Virus record (IMG/VR): IMGVR_UViG_3300006226_000014
Location: 1 to 24,803 of that record
Strand: one strand, 5' to 3'
Source: a virus
Lineage: Duplodnaviria; Heunggongvirae; Uroviricota; Caudoviricetes
Length of the DNA: 24,803 nucleotides
In this document: positions 7,514 through 15,453 of the stretch, in pieces
Numbering within the stretch: the first letter of the stretch is position 1
Layout: the number at the start of each line of letters is the position of its first letter
Made by a program: the position numbers and the translations under genes
Notes under the pieces: model-generated
What the model saw: the letters and a program-made list of their open reading frames with translations, nothing else
Database searches by the model: none
What the model was told of the DNA's origin: nothing

Positions 7514-8715
7514 TATTCACTTGCCTCCACATAATCAGTTTCTTTGTCAAAACAATTAGCAAAGTTTTCCCATTCTTTATGAGAAATTAAAGGTGCTGTT
7601 TTAGAATCTTTTTTGTCTTTCTTTTCACCCACTTTATCTGCTATCAATTTTGCAGCATCAACTAATAAGGCCATACCACCATTTTGTAAATTCTTAGACA
7701 TAGTTGCTATATCTTCATAAAAACCAAATTGTTGAAGAGCTTGGTCTACAAAACTTTTTCCATCTGCAGTTGCTTCATCTTTTCCTTTGTTTTGAACAGC
7801 CCATTGAATATCAGCTAAGCATTTGATTAAGAATCCAGTTTTATGAGCATAGGGATCTTGTGTCCATTGTTGAACTTTAGAATCATCAACTTTAGTAGAT
7901 TTTTGATCAGCAACTATTTTAGCGCCAATATTAAAAGCATTTAAAGCATTTTGGCCTGGATCAAAATTAACTTCTGGTGGTACATGCTTATATGTTACAT
8001 TTTGTCTAGTTTGAGGATTCATTACTGTTCCATTTGGACAACCTATTGATTTTAGTAAATTAGGGGGTCCTTGAATTGTAGTAACACTAGGAAATAAACG
8101 TTGTATTCCGCCCCATGACCTAGCAAAAGCATATTTCTTTCCACCAATTTTTCCACCTTTAATAAGTGAACTATTTTCAATAGCAGACATGCCCCAAAAA
8201 CCATCTGATTCGCATTTTATTGATGAGATATTAGCTACAACAATGCTTTCATCTGTAGGTAAGTTAACTCCACCTATTTGACTAACTGCCCCCATTACTA
8301 ATGGATTTATTGGAAATATCCAAAGCGTTGTTGCTTGTTCTTTCTGATCTCCACGTTGTGCTGTTCCTCCTTGTTGTCCTTGTTGTACACCTTCTCCAGT
8401 AGTAACGGTTCCTCCGCCCCCAGCTTCGTATAATCGTCGTTCTTCTTTACTGAAATCTATTCCAATTTCAACTTCAAATAGATGATTATATTCAGCATGA
8501 GCAGCTCTTTCAAATCTATCTATATTGTGATCTTCATGTAACAAGACGAGTTTTTTAACTTTCATTTCTCGTAACACTGGGATAAGTCTATCTAATTCGT
8601 CATAGTTTTTACATTGAATTCCGTATTGTTCTCTTTCTTCTCTTAAGACATTGGCGATTTGTTTCTGTTTTAAGTACTCATTACCGCCTGAGAAGCATAT
8701 TATTGCAGTGTTCAT
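7513..8715 (-). CDS. Hypothetical protein with putative propeptide-linker-mature domain layout
   Basis: 400-aa ORF without SD; about 97-aa N-terminal segment ending RLYEA, then a G/Q/T low-complexity linker (GGGGTVTTGEGVQQGQQGG), then a globular region. Confidence 0.75.
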   Translation of the reverse strand: MNTAIICFSGGNEYLKQKQIANVLREEREQYGIQCKNYDELDRLIPVLREMKVKKLVLLHEDHNIDRFERAAHAEYNHLFEVEIGIDFSKEERRLYEAGGGGTVTTGEGVQQGQQGGTAQRGDQKEQATTLWIFPINPLVMGAVSQIGGVNLPTDESIVVANISSIKCESDGFWGMSAIENSSLIKGGKIGGKKYAFARSWGGIQRLFPSVTTIQGPPNLLKSIGCPNGTVMNPQTRQNVTYKHVPPEVNFDPGQNALNAFNIGAKIVADQKSTKVDDSKVQQWTQDPYAHKTGFLIKCLADIQWAVQNKGKDEATADGKSFVDQALQQFGFYEDIATMSKNLQNGGMALLVDAAKLIADKVGEKKDKKDSKTAPLISHKEWENFANCFDKETDYVEASE

Positions 8716-8724
8716 ATTATTTAG

Positions 8725-8904
8725 TTATGAGTTCTTAACTATATGTGATGTTTTCAGTGCATTAAAGAATTGCTTAATATAGACCAAGATAAGTGCAGAT
8801 ATTTGAATAGGTTGTCGTTTTGGTGTTGTTTCTAAATCTTCATATAATTGTAAAAGTTCTTGATATCCTTTGTCATTATTGTCCAACTTTTGCTCCCATT
8901 TCAT
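8725..8904 (-). CDS. Possible small ORF (59 aa) filling the gap between the Mor-like gene and 7513-8715
   Basis: Second half of the 8725-8964 track ORF (MKWEQKLDNN...); overlaps the 3' end of 8876-9298; no SD. May be non-coding. Confidence 0.25.
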   Translation of the reverse strand: MKWEQKLDNNDKGYQELLQLYEDLETTPKRQPIQISALILVYIKQFFNALKTSHIVKNS

Positions 8905-9298
8905 TGATGAATTGGTTAAGCTTATTACAATTAATTCCATATTTAATAGAAGACACTTCGTCATCTTGAAGAATGTCTTTTATCTCGTCCCATTTTTTGT
9001 GTTTGAGATATTTGAAGTAATAGCACAAAGCAATTTGCACCGATTCTTTAAATGATTCACGATCAGGGAACTGGACAGTTCTTCCATTGACTGTCTCAAT
9101 TAACTCTGCAAATAACTCTGATCCCAACAACTCATATATTTCAACTAACACAGTTTGTTCTTCATTCTTTGAAGCTAAACGTAGATAATGAAGTTTTATT
9201 AGATCCTTAATTACCTCTTCAATGGGGTTTTCTTTTAAGATTTTATTGATCTTTTTTTGAAATAAAGACTTCTCTTCTACTATTAAAGTATCACTCAT
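8876..9298 (-). CDS. Mor/C-like transcription activator family protein
   Basis: 140 aa; segment EIYELLGSELFAELIETVNGRTVQFPDRESF fits the Mor-family dimerisation pattern (E-L-I/L-G...G-G/R-x-x-I/V-Y/F-P) followed by a short helical C-terminus (KWDEIKDIL). Recognised by eye only. Confidence 0.55.
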   Translation of the reverse strand: MSDTLIVEEKSLFQKKINKILKENPIEEVIKDLIKLHYLRLASKNEEQTVLVEIYELLGSELFAELIETVNGRTVQFPDRESFKESVQIALCYYFKYLKHKKWDEIKDILQDDEVSSIKYGINCNKLNQFINEMGAKVGQ

Positions 9299-9312
9299 AT
9301 TAAATAGTTAAT

Positions 9313-9333
9313 GAGTCTATTTTTGAACGACTC
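9313..9333. promoter_or_regulatory. Inverted repeat GAGTC-N11-GACTC bracketing the -35 box in the divergent intergenic region (candidate operator)
   Basis: GAGTC 9313-9317 and GACTC 9329-9333 in an otherwise very AT-rich 73-nt gap. Confidence 0.4.
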
Positions 9334-9351
9334 TTTTAGTAATCTTATATT
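9323..9351 (+). promoter_or_regulatory. Sigma70-type promoter for the plus-strand gene
   Basis: TTGAAC (9323-9328), 17-nt spacer, TATATT (9346-9351); followed by SD AAGGGAG and ATG 9372. Confidence 0.68.
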
Positions 9352-9371
9352 ATATATGTAAGGGAGATAAT

Positions 9372-9695
9372 ATGCAAAAACTTATAGATTATCTAAAAAC
9401 GCGTGGCTTAAAAGAATCTGATTATTCTTACACCCGTGCGGGAAATCTGAACTTCGCCATTGATGGTAGACAGTTTCAGTTTTCAAAAACCGGTTATTTC
9501 AGAGCTAAGGCTGACCGTAGCAAGCCTCGCGGAGCTTGGAAAGTTCGTCCCTTCCGCAATTCACCCTGGTCTCGTCATTCATTGTGCGGTTATCAGTGGT
9601 ACCTGGTTTTCAAGGTGACAGAAAATGGTTGGGGCCGGTGCCCTACATTTACTGAAGATACTCTTATTGAGCGTCTGAAGCATTACAATTTCTAA
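9372..9695 (+). CDS. Small basic, aromatic-rich hypothetical protein; only credible plus-strand gene
   Basis: 107-aa ORF occupying a gap between minus-strand genes, with its own promoter, SD and terminator; visibly more GC-rich with frequent CGT/CGC Arg codons. Confidence 0.85.
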   Translation: MQKLIDYLKTRGLKESDYSYTRAGNLNFAIDGRQFQFSKTGYFRAKADRSKPRGAWKVRPFRNSPWSRHSLCGYQWYLVFKVTENGWGRCPTFTEDTLIERLKHYNF

Positions 9696-9703
9696 CTCAT
9701 CCC

Positions 9704-9737
9704 GTCGACGGCAGCTCCTCCGGCCGTCGACTTTTTT
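9704..9737 (+). terminator. Rho-independent terminator of the plus-strand gene
   Basis: 9-bp stem GTCGACGGC (9704-9712) / GCCGTCGAC (9723-9731) followed by TTTTTT (9732-9737), abutting the convergent baseplate stop. Confidence 0.85.
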
Positions 9738-12387
9738 AATTAACAGACTTTAAGTAATTTTTTTGAATTAAGATATTATTGCGATTAGAATAGATAATGT
9801 CAAAAGGTTCATTACATTCGAACTTTTCTTCCATCGGAATTGCATACACATTTATTACAAATTGTTCATTCAATAATTGTCCCATTTCATAAGCCATTCT
9901 ATTATCATCTAAAGTATGCTCAAAACTATCATACAAATTATCTCTTTGTTCTTTTTCAAATACGTAATTTAATGGAAGAATCAAATATCCATTAGCATAT
10001 AACGCAGAATTTGGATCTTCGTAATTTTCGTTAAAGATAAGTTTGCATTGATTAATGTATTGTAAGTTCTTTCTAAAACATTGTTGGCCAACAACATTAT
10101 CACTAAAATTTAAAGAGACTTTTTCAGATTCTGGAACTTCTGCAACATTAAAGATTTTGTTACGACCTAATTCATCAACATATAATGGACGAATCTCATA
10201 AGGTTCAATATTGAATTGTTTCATTTGATGGAAATATGACCTTGATGTAATTCGGTCAATATAGTTGAACTGTGCAGTACGTACTTGTCTATTATAAAAG
10301 AACTCAGATATTTCATCATAAAATGTTACTTTTTCAAATTCTGCATAAGTGAATGTGGCTTTAGTATCTAATAGTGGAACTTGAATAGTACCATCAATAG
10401 CATTCTCTTCTGATTCTAGAAGTGTCTTAGTATTTTGTAATTCAGTTCTTTCATCTAATAAGAAAAGACTACGATTTTTAGTTGGGTCTTCTCTGAACAA
10501 AATATCAGCTCGTATGACATAAGGCGCTTTAACTTTGAAGTTTCTAAATCCAGCATTTAGTTGGTTCTGTGCAAAGATCTTATCGAATTGAAAACTGAAA
10601 GCTAATAATGTCTCTGGTTGTAGAATAGCTTTTCTGGGATCACTTTCTCTACGTAACATAATTGGAGTGTTGCTAGCCTTCACCTTAGCTTCTAAGAATA
10701 CTTCACTGTACTTATTGAAAGAGAAATCCTGTGCTATATCTATTATGTCTGACTTATAGTAGGGCTGCTCAAACTTAGTATTGAAGATACTATATTTAGA
10801 CAAGACAGATGGCATGATGTTGTTTTGTATCTCATTCTCGGTCAGCGTCTCATTAGTGTTGATAATGATGTTAGGCCTGATCTCTATCATGTTAGGTTCA
10901 ATATAGTCAAAACTATCGTTAGGTGACTTAACATCTTGGAATGCCTTGATTAGTGGTTCAACAAGTTCGTTATAGGGGTCAGTCAACTTTTCGCCATTGG
11001 ATCTAATAGCAGTGATCAGTAAGGCGTTCTTGTTCATACTTATCTCTTGTAGCACACTGCCTTCAATGTTAGACACATACATATTGCTGCCATCTGCATC
11101 TAATCGTTGACTGTTGCCGTATGACTGCGTACTGTAAACTCCACTTTGGAATAGTCGACAATGCAATAGACTAACTGGGCTGTTCTTCATAATCTGTTCG
11201 TAATAGCTACCCTTAGTAGCTATGGCATATGATTGTAAGTAAGTAGGAGGAGCATTTAGTCGGATGTCTTCTTCTTCCTCGATGTTTCGTCCACCCATGA
11301 TAGGCGCAATGTTAGTACAGCCCAAGAATTGTGTCTGCACATTGAAGCGAGGATCTACTTGGTTGAAGCCAGGAGGCAGGACCATCTGTGTGATCTGGAA
11401 TCTCTCCGGAACATTTCCACTTTCACCCTTAGTTTCGAGATACTCCACATTGACTTTAGCGTTCACTGGAAGCATTTGGCCCGTTATGCCATCACCAAAC
11501 TTAAGGAGTACTCTGTCTTCATCATTGAGAATCTTAGCTTCGAACACTTTGTCGTATGGTCCAGCTAATCGAATGTTGGCTATCTTCTCCCAGATTTCAG
11601 TTGGTTGGTCAGTTGACAAACCATTGATGATAAGTTCAGGAGTGACTTTCACTTTGAAGAACTTCTCGCTAATTATGTTGCTAGCGTTCTCTACGTCTAT
11701 TGCCTCTATTGCGAATGACTCAAAGCGTCTACCCTTAGCTCTGCCGAATTCTACTTCTACTTTCTCGCCCTGAATAACCGGCACTTTGAGATACTTAATG
11801 CCGTTCCAACCACCAGCACGAATGAAGTCGGCATACTTAACTGGATTAGTTTTGATAGCACTGAATGGTTCTTTCAAGGCTCGAGCTTCTACTGTTTCAA
11901 TAGCAAAGAATGATGTGCCTTTTGGTGTCTTAAAGATGCTGCCTTGTGGAATGACATAGTTGACATCACTTGTCCATGGTACTAATGCTTGTCGTTCAGT
12001 GAATGTGGCAGTAAGATTTTGACTTAATTCATCAAAATCAGAAGCTTGGTCTAAATCAAAAAAGGTGACGCCAAAATTGAGAAGGCGTTCTATATTGTTC
12101 AGGTCAGTATGAGATACTATTACATATCCAATAGCTGACTTTGGTAACTGTCGTTTGTATGATATAAGATCAGCTTGATGAGTAAGTGATGACATGTTGC
12201 GAGCATTGCGCCATTTCTTTTCATTATATAGATACTCAAGATAACGTGCTATTTCAGAATTACCTTCAGCAATAACATTGATTAGATTTCCGATGGTTCC
12301 CACACCGAGGATGTTCGACCAATCCTCCATTATTTGTAATCTTTGTGTCATTCGTTGGGTAATCGCCAACTGGTCAAAACGTTTCAG
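9736..12387 (-). CDS. Baseplate wedge protein (T4 gp6 / baseplate J-like), about 883 aa with proposed CTG start
   Basis: gp6-like N-terminus (LINVIAE...YLYNE...ARNMSSL...ADLISYKRQLPKSA), FGDGITG motif, V.YL.T.GE.GN, GGRNIEEEEDIRLNAP and AIAT..Y motifs. Frame open from CTG 12387, 6 nt after GGAGA; track start TTG 12369 is 25 nt from that SD. Confidence 0.85.
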   Translation of the reverse strand: MKRFDQLAITQRMTQRLQIMEDWSNILGVGTIGNLINVIAEGNSEIARYLEYLYNEKKWRNARNMSSLTHQADLISYKRQLPKSAIGYVIVSHTDLNNIERLLNFGVTFFDLDQASDFDELSQNLTATFTERQALVPWTSDVNYVIPQGSIFKTPKGTSFFAIETVEARALKEPFSAIKTNPVKYADFIRAGGWNGIKYLKVPVIQGEKVEVEFGRAKGRRFESFAIEAIDVENASNIISEKFFKVKVTPELIINGLSTDQPTEIWEKIANIRLAGPYDKVFEAKILNDEDRVLLKFGDGITGQMLPVNAKVNVEYLETKGESGNVPERFQITQMVLPPGFNQVDPRFNVQTQFLGCTNIAPIMGGRNIEEEEDIRLNAPPTYLQSYAIATKGSYYEQIMKNSPVSLLHCRLFQSGVYSTQSYGNSQRLDADGSNMYVSNIEGSVLQEISMNKNALLITAIRSNGEKLTDPYNELVEPLIKAFQDVKSPNDSFDYIEPNMIEIRPNIIINTNETLTENEIQNNIMPSVLSKYSIFNTKFEQPYYKSDIIDIAQDFSFNKYSEVFLEAKVKASNTPIMLRRESDPRKAILQPETLLAFSFQFDKIFAQNQLNAGFRNFKVKAPYVIRADILFREDPTKNRSLFLLDERTELQNTKTLLESEENAIDGTIQVPLLDTKATFTYAEFEKVTFYDEISEFFYNRQVRTAQFNYIDRITSRSYFHQMKQFNIEPYEIRPLYVDELGRNKIFNVAEVPESEKVSLNFSDNVVGQQCFRKNLQYINQCKLIFNENYEDPNSALYANGYLILPLNYVFEKEQRDNLYDSFEHTLDDNRMAYEMGQLLNEQFVINVYAIPMEEKFECNEPFDIIYSNRNNILIQKNYLKSVN

Positions 12388-12411
12388 ACTATTTCTCCTT
12401 ATTATAGTTAG

Positions 12412-13449
12412 TTAGTTGGACATAAAGTTAGCTAACGGAATGTCAAGAGCAGAGTAGTCAACTGCGTAACCTATATCTTCCATAGATGCAACTGTGAACT
12501 TACTAACAAAACTATTAGTAGTTGTAGTATAGTTCATGAGTTCATTATAGAATGGTCCATTAGGATCAGCTCCTGGTGCTCTGAAGCCCCAATGAGACAA
12601 CGCACTACCACCAGCATTTTGTACAGTTGCAACAGGATTAGTAGAAGGATGTATCGGTATGAACATCTGTAAATCATAAGTTGCTTCATCATAAGCAGCT
12701 AAACCTTGTGGACCTATATATTTTGGATCGATTGGTGAACCTATTCCGATATTATTAGAATTGGGATTAATTCCAGAACTTAAAACGGGACCAAATCCTA
12801 AAAGAGTAACTAATAAGTTCCATGGAAAAACATTAGCATTGGCTATTAAGTCAGGAAGAGAAGTTGTGCCCGCAGGCCCTGTTATTAATCGGAAGTTTCC
12901 ATTCCATAATGCACCAAAACCTAAGACATGAAATAGTTCATGAAGTGCAGTATAGAAAAAACGTTGTTGTGGGTTTCCTATAGGATGACATTGTGAACAA
13001 GAACAAAACTTAATAGAGCCAGACTTTACTGTGATATAATTTTCGTAAATATCTATCGCATCAAATGTTTGTAAAATTTCGCTTATATCTATATTGCCGT
13101 TAAAGTTAGTAGCCATATTTCCAGGACCACCCTGACCAGAAAAATGATTCTCACCAAAAATAAGCTGATCAAAAGTTACTTTAACTGGAATTGTTCGTTG
13201 TTCTGAAGAGTAATTAACGCCAGTAATAATCTGTTCTAAAAAATTTACAGCATCATAAAGCCAAGTTTCATATAACGATCCCTTATATTCATTTGGAATC
13301 TCAGTTATGTCTAAATCTATCTTAAAATTAGTTTGAGCTGGGCTTGTCTTATATATTTGATATGCTACATTTTTTGTTCCAGAGGCTAATAGTTCTAAAG
13401 TATGTCGCTTTAATCGTCCATTATTGTCTTTTTTGAATATAGAGTCCAT
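12412..13449 (-). CDS. Leishmanolysin-like (peptidase M8 / metzincin) zinc metalloprotease
   Basis: HELFH (HExxH, 12928-12942) in HELFHVLGFG, distal SHW third ligand (GGSALSHW), Met-turn NELM, C-terminal T.ASMEDIGY; no signal peptide visible. Confidence 0.85.
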   Translation of the reverse strand: MDSIFKKDNNGRLKRHTLELLASGTKNVAYQIYKTSPAQTNFKIDLDITEIPNEYKGSLYETWLYDAVNFLEQIITGVNYSSEQRTIPVKVTFDQLIFGENHFSGQGGPGNMATNFNGNIDISEILQTFDAIDIYENYITVKSGSIKFCSCSQCHPIGNPQQRFFYTALHELFHVLGFGALWNGNFRLITGPAGTTSLPDLIANANVFPWNLLVTLLGFGPVLSSGINPNSNNIGIGSPIDPKYIGPQGLAAYDEATYDLQMFIPIHPSTNPVATVQNAGGSALSHWGFRAPGADPNGPFYNELMNYTTTTNSFVSKFTVASMEDIGYAVDYSALDIPLANFMSN

Positions 13450-13466
13450 AAATAATTAGTGGTTTG

Positions 13467-13892
13467 CTAATTATATCTCCATACAAATTTGTCGACAACT
13501 GCTGTTCCAGGAAATTCTAGACGAGTAACCCTGACTACTAATGTTTCAGTTCCTTTGAAGAAAAGAGGAGGCAAAATAGTTCCTCTTTCATCATTTTGCT
13601 CAGTATAGGCTTGATGGATCCATCTAACTGAGTCATCTAACAGCTTAACACCTAAATGTAGATGATGAATAGCATATGCTCGTGTGCAGTTAGCCGTTAC
13701 AATACGATACCAGCCAGTTTGACTTAATGGAACTTCTAAATCATCAGTTGACTGAATGCTTTGAGATATCAACGTCATATCAGCAGTATAGTCAGGTGGA
13801 AATGAGATAAGAGAAATATCTTTTAATGTTAGGACTGAATCTCGTGTTAATTTGCGTGGGATAGAAATCTTTATATCTTTGTAAACTTCCAT
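13467..13892 (-). CDS. Hypothetical beta-rich protein (141 aa)
   Basis: Intact ORF between fibre array and protease; no SD, preceded by ACTAAATTATT; no recognisable family. Confidence 0.7.
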   Translation of the reverse strand: MEVYKDIKISIPRKLTRDSVLTLKDISLISFPPDYTADMTLISQSIQSTDDLEVPLSQTGWYRIVTANCTRAYAIHHLHLGVKLLDDSVRWIHQAYTEQNDERGTILPPLFFKGTETLVVRVTRLEFPGTAVVDKFVWRYN

Positions 13893-13986
13893 AATAATTT
13901 AGTCTACAAAGATATATGATTTGTTACTATTTTTGTTATATTTTCAATGATTTATAATATCATTTTAATAATCTTGATATTATTTT

Positions 13987-14964
13987 TTATGATCCTTGTA
14001 ATGGAGGTGAAATAGCCTGCATTAAATTAGAATCTGGATATGGATCATTACTAACCCACATTGTAAAAAAGCTTATAGTATTTGATTGATTAGATAAACC
14101 ATTAACACTGCTTGTACTAATAAGAGATGCTGTTTGATCACCTGGATTTCTAGCAGCAATTGATATATTAAGAGTTCCACCAGCACTTTGATTAACAATA
14201 GTCCCCATAAGACCTACTTGAAAATCCGGTCTGAATCCATAGGGTACTGAGCCTAGAGGTTGAAGTGTGCCACCACAAGTTCTAGAATGCATAAATACAC
14301 ATATGTTACCAAATCTTAATACTATAGCAGTACCATTCCACGTACCGCCACCTACAATTGGACCAACTGCAATTTTAGAAAGATCATTCATAAAACTTTC
14401 AATATCGGGTTTATTCTTAATATAACCAGGATCATTTACGTCTGTTTCATTCCAATCACTTTGAGTGCCAACAGGACCGCCTATAATTGGCTTATTTTTA
14501 ATAAAAGCTGGATGATTTAAATCTGCATTATTCCAATCAGATTGAACTTGTTCAGGTAATGCATGATAATGATCTGATCTAGCAAAAGTTGTGGCCGAGC
14601 CATCTTCTTTAACTTGTCCAAATTCTGCTTGTTGATCAGTTAAATTACCTGCTTCTGGAATAGCTGGTATATTTGGTAAAGCATGATAATGATCAGATCT
14701 AGCAAATGTTTCTAATGTACCATTTTGAGCTGATTGACCAAAATCAGCTGCTTGACTACTTAATACTGCCGGCTCAACAGCAGGGGGTATTGTTGGCTTA
14801 TTAGCAATGTAAGCCGGTCCAGAAGATGCATTCCAGTCAGATTGAACTTGAGTTGGTATGTCTTCTTGTGTTATAAAATTAGCAATTTCTTCTCTAGTTA
14901 CTACTTCTTGAGGATCATTATCTTTTACTTTTCTATGTATAGTTTCAAAATATTCTTTAGCCAC
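13987..14964 (-). CDS. Tail fibre/appendage-like protein with QSDWN...IxNKP and FARSDHYHALP repeats
   Basis: Three QSDWN...(Y/F)I(A/K)NKP units and two FARSDHYHALP units; GTG start with AGGAG SD overlapping the upstream stop; small beta-rich C-terminal domain. Confidence 0.75.
   Translation of the reverse strand: MAKEYFETIHRKVKDNDPQEVVTREEIANFITQEDIPTQVQSDWNASSGPAYIANKPTIPPAVEPAVLSSQAADFGQSAQNGTLETFARSDHYHALPNIPAIPEAGNLTDQQAEFGQVKEDGSATTFARSDHYHALPEQVQSDWNNADLNHPAFIKNKPIIGGPVGTQSDWNETDVNDPGYIKNKPDIESFMNDLSKIAVGPIVGGGTWNGTAIVLRFGNICVFMHSRTCGGTLQPLGSVPYGFRPDFQVGLMGTIVNQSAGGTLNISIAARNPGDQTASLISTSSVNGLSNQSNTISFFTMWVSNDPYPDSNLMQAISPPLQGS
14561..14706. repeat. Intragenic direct repeat (120-bp period) encoding FARSDHYHAL
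   Basis: gcatgataatgatc(t/a)gatctagcaaa at 14561-14586 and 14681-14706; 25 of 26 nt identical. Confidence 0.85.
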
Positions 14965-15430
14965 GTTCTTCTCCTACAACTATTATAGTATATGTTCCTG
15001 GAATTGGATTATTCGGAACTCCTAATGGATCAAGAGTTACCTCTCCAGCGTCTAAAGTAAAGCTGCTGCTTAGTCCATTAAATTCACCACCATCTTCTAA
15101 GTGTACAATTACTTTTGGAAATATCTCAGTTCTTTCATAAGTAGTTGGGTCATTATCTTCTCTATAAACATGTACTGAAAAGTATTTTTCAAAATAAATT
15201 TCATAATTCTCAATATCTTTAAATTCTAAATTTATTATCCAACGTAAATTGTCTTCAATAAAGGACTGACCTTCAAAAATTACTCTTTGGAGAGGTGTAA
15301 AGGCTTTCTTGAGAAATTTAGGCTTATTCTTAATAAATGCAAGACTTTTAGGATTATTTTCATTCCAATCAGATTTTACACTTACATCAGCAATTTTTAT
15401 TTTTTTACCATTTTTTACAGCAAAAATCAT
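14957..15430 (-). CDS. Small fibre-associated/adaptor-like protein
   Basis: 157 aa; N-terminus MIFAVKNGKKIKIADVS shared with the two upstream genes; one SDWNE...FIKNKP unit shared with the downstream gene; SD AAGGAG. Confidence 0.75.
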   Translation of the reverse strand: MIFAVKNGKKIKIADVSVKSDWNENNPKSLAFIKNKPKFLKKAFTPLQRVIFEGQSFIEDNLRWIINLEFKDIENYEIYFEKYFSVHVYREDNDPTTYERTEIFPKVIVHLEDGGEFNGLSSSFTLDAGEVTLDPLGVPNNPIPGTYTIIVVGEERG

Positions 15431-15453
15431 TTAAACTCCTTAGGTAATATTTA

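Noticed and set aside
8905-8964. 5' part of track ORF 8725-8964 and the 14-codon ORF (MTKDIKNFYNYMKI) coupled to the Mor-like stop
   Set aside because: The first overlaps the Mor-like gene extensively with no SD; the second is too short to support.
1213-13449. Headless contractile injection system (eCIS/tailocin) with the protease as toxin
   Set aside because: No Afp/PVC-type tube, spike or AAA+ ATPase genes in the window, and T4-like gp6, the fibre array and CTS-like peptides favour a true phage; not fully excludable until capsid and terminase genes are located.
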